Positions 63,937-64,000 of a DNA stretch of 64,000 nt are shown piece after piece. The stretch is from NCBI RefSeq assembly GCF_006345805.1, contig NC_043003.1:20956001-21020000 (forward strand), read 5' to 3'. The translations under genes were made by a program, and so were the position numbers. Position 1 is the stretch's first letter. Each line of letters begins with the position of its first letter. Below the pieces are notes generated by a model, which was not told the origin of the DNA, did not search any database, and was given only the letters and a program-made list of their open reading frames with translations. This stretch comes from Octopus sinensis. Taxonomy: Eukaryota.

Positions 63937-64000
63937 TGTGTGTAACCACTTTATTTCATCTTGCCCCGGTGATACATATTGACCATTACTGCATGGATTC

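Overview
Eukaryotic, AT-rich, microsatellite- and retroposon-dense genomic DNA. The repeat landscape resembles an octopod cephalopod (inference, not a database match). The window holds two tandem, same-strand (+) paralogues of an amidase-signature enzyme of the FAAH1 (fatty acid amide hydrolase) type. Copy 1 is present only as its last three coding exons (1589-6289). Copy 2 is complete, with 17 GT-AG coding exons (19554-63936) giving about 584 aa after indel correction: N-terminal TM helix, SLKE (Lys142 equivalent), AGSSGG (cis-Ser217) and GTDIGGSIR (Ser241). Five copy-2 exons between 23.1 and 34.2 kb carry single-base indels; one disrupts the cis-Ser codon. These indels, plus an indel-only 260-bp duplication in the same interval, point to unpolished long-read consensus rather than true pseudogenisation. 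Introns and the intergenic region contain a full-length dead Tc1 (DD34E, 26-bp TIR, TA TSD), mariner fragments, RTE LINEs, Penelope-like remnants, two solo LTRs with 4-bp TSDs, DINE-1-like elements, several tRNA-derived SINE families, MITEs, several long near-perfect palindromes and hammerhead-ribozyme-like motifs. Almost all other ORFs in the track are microsatellite or repeat artefacts.
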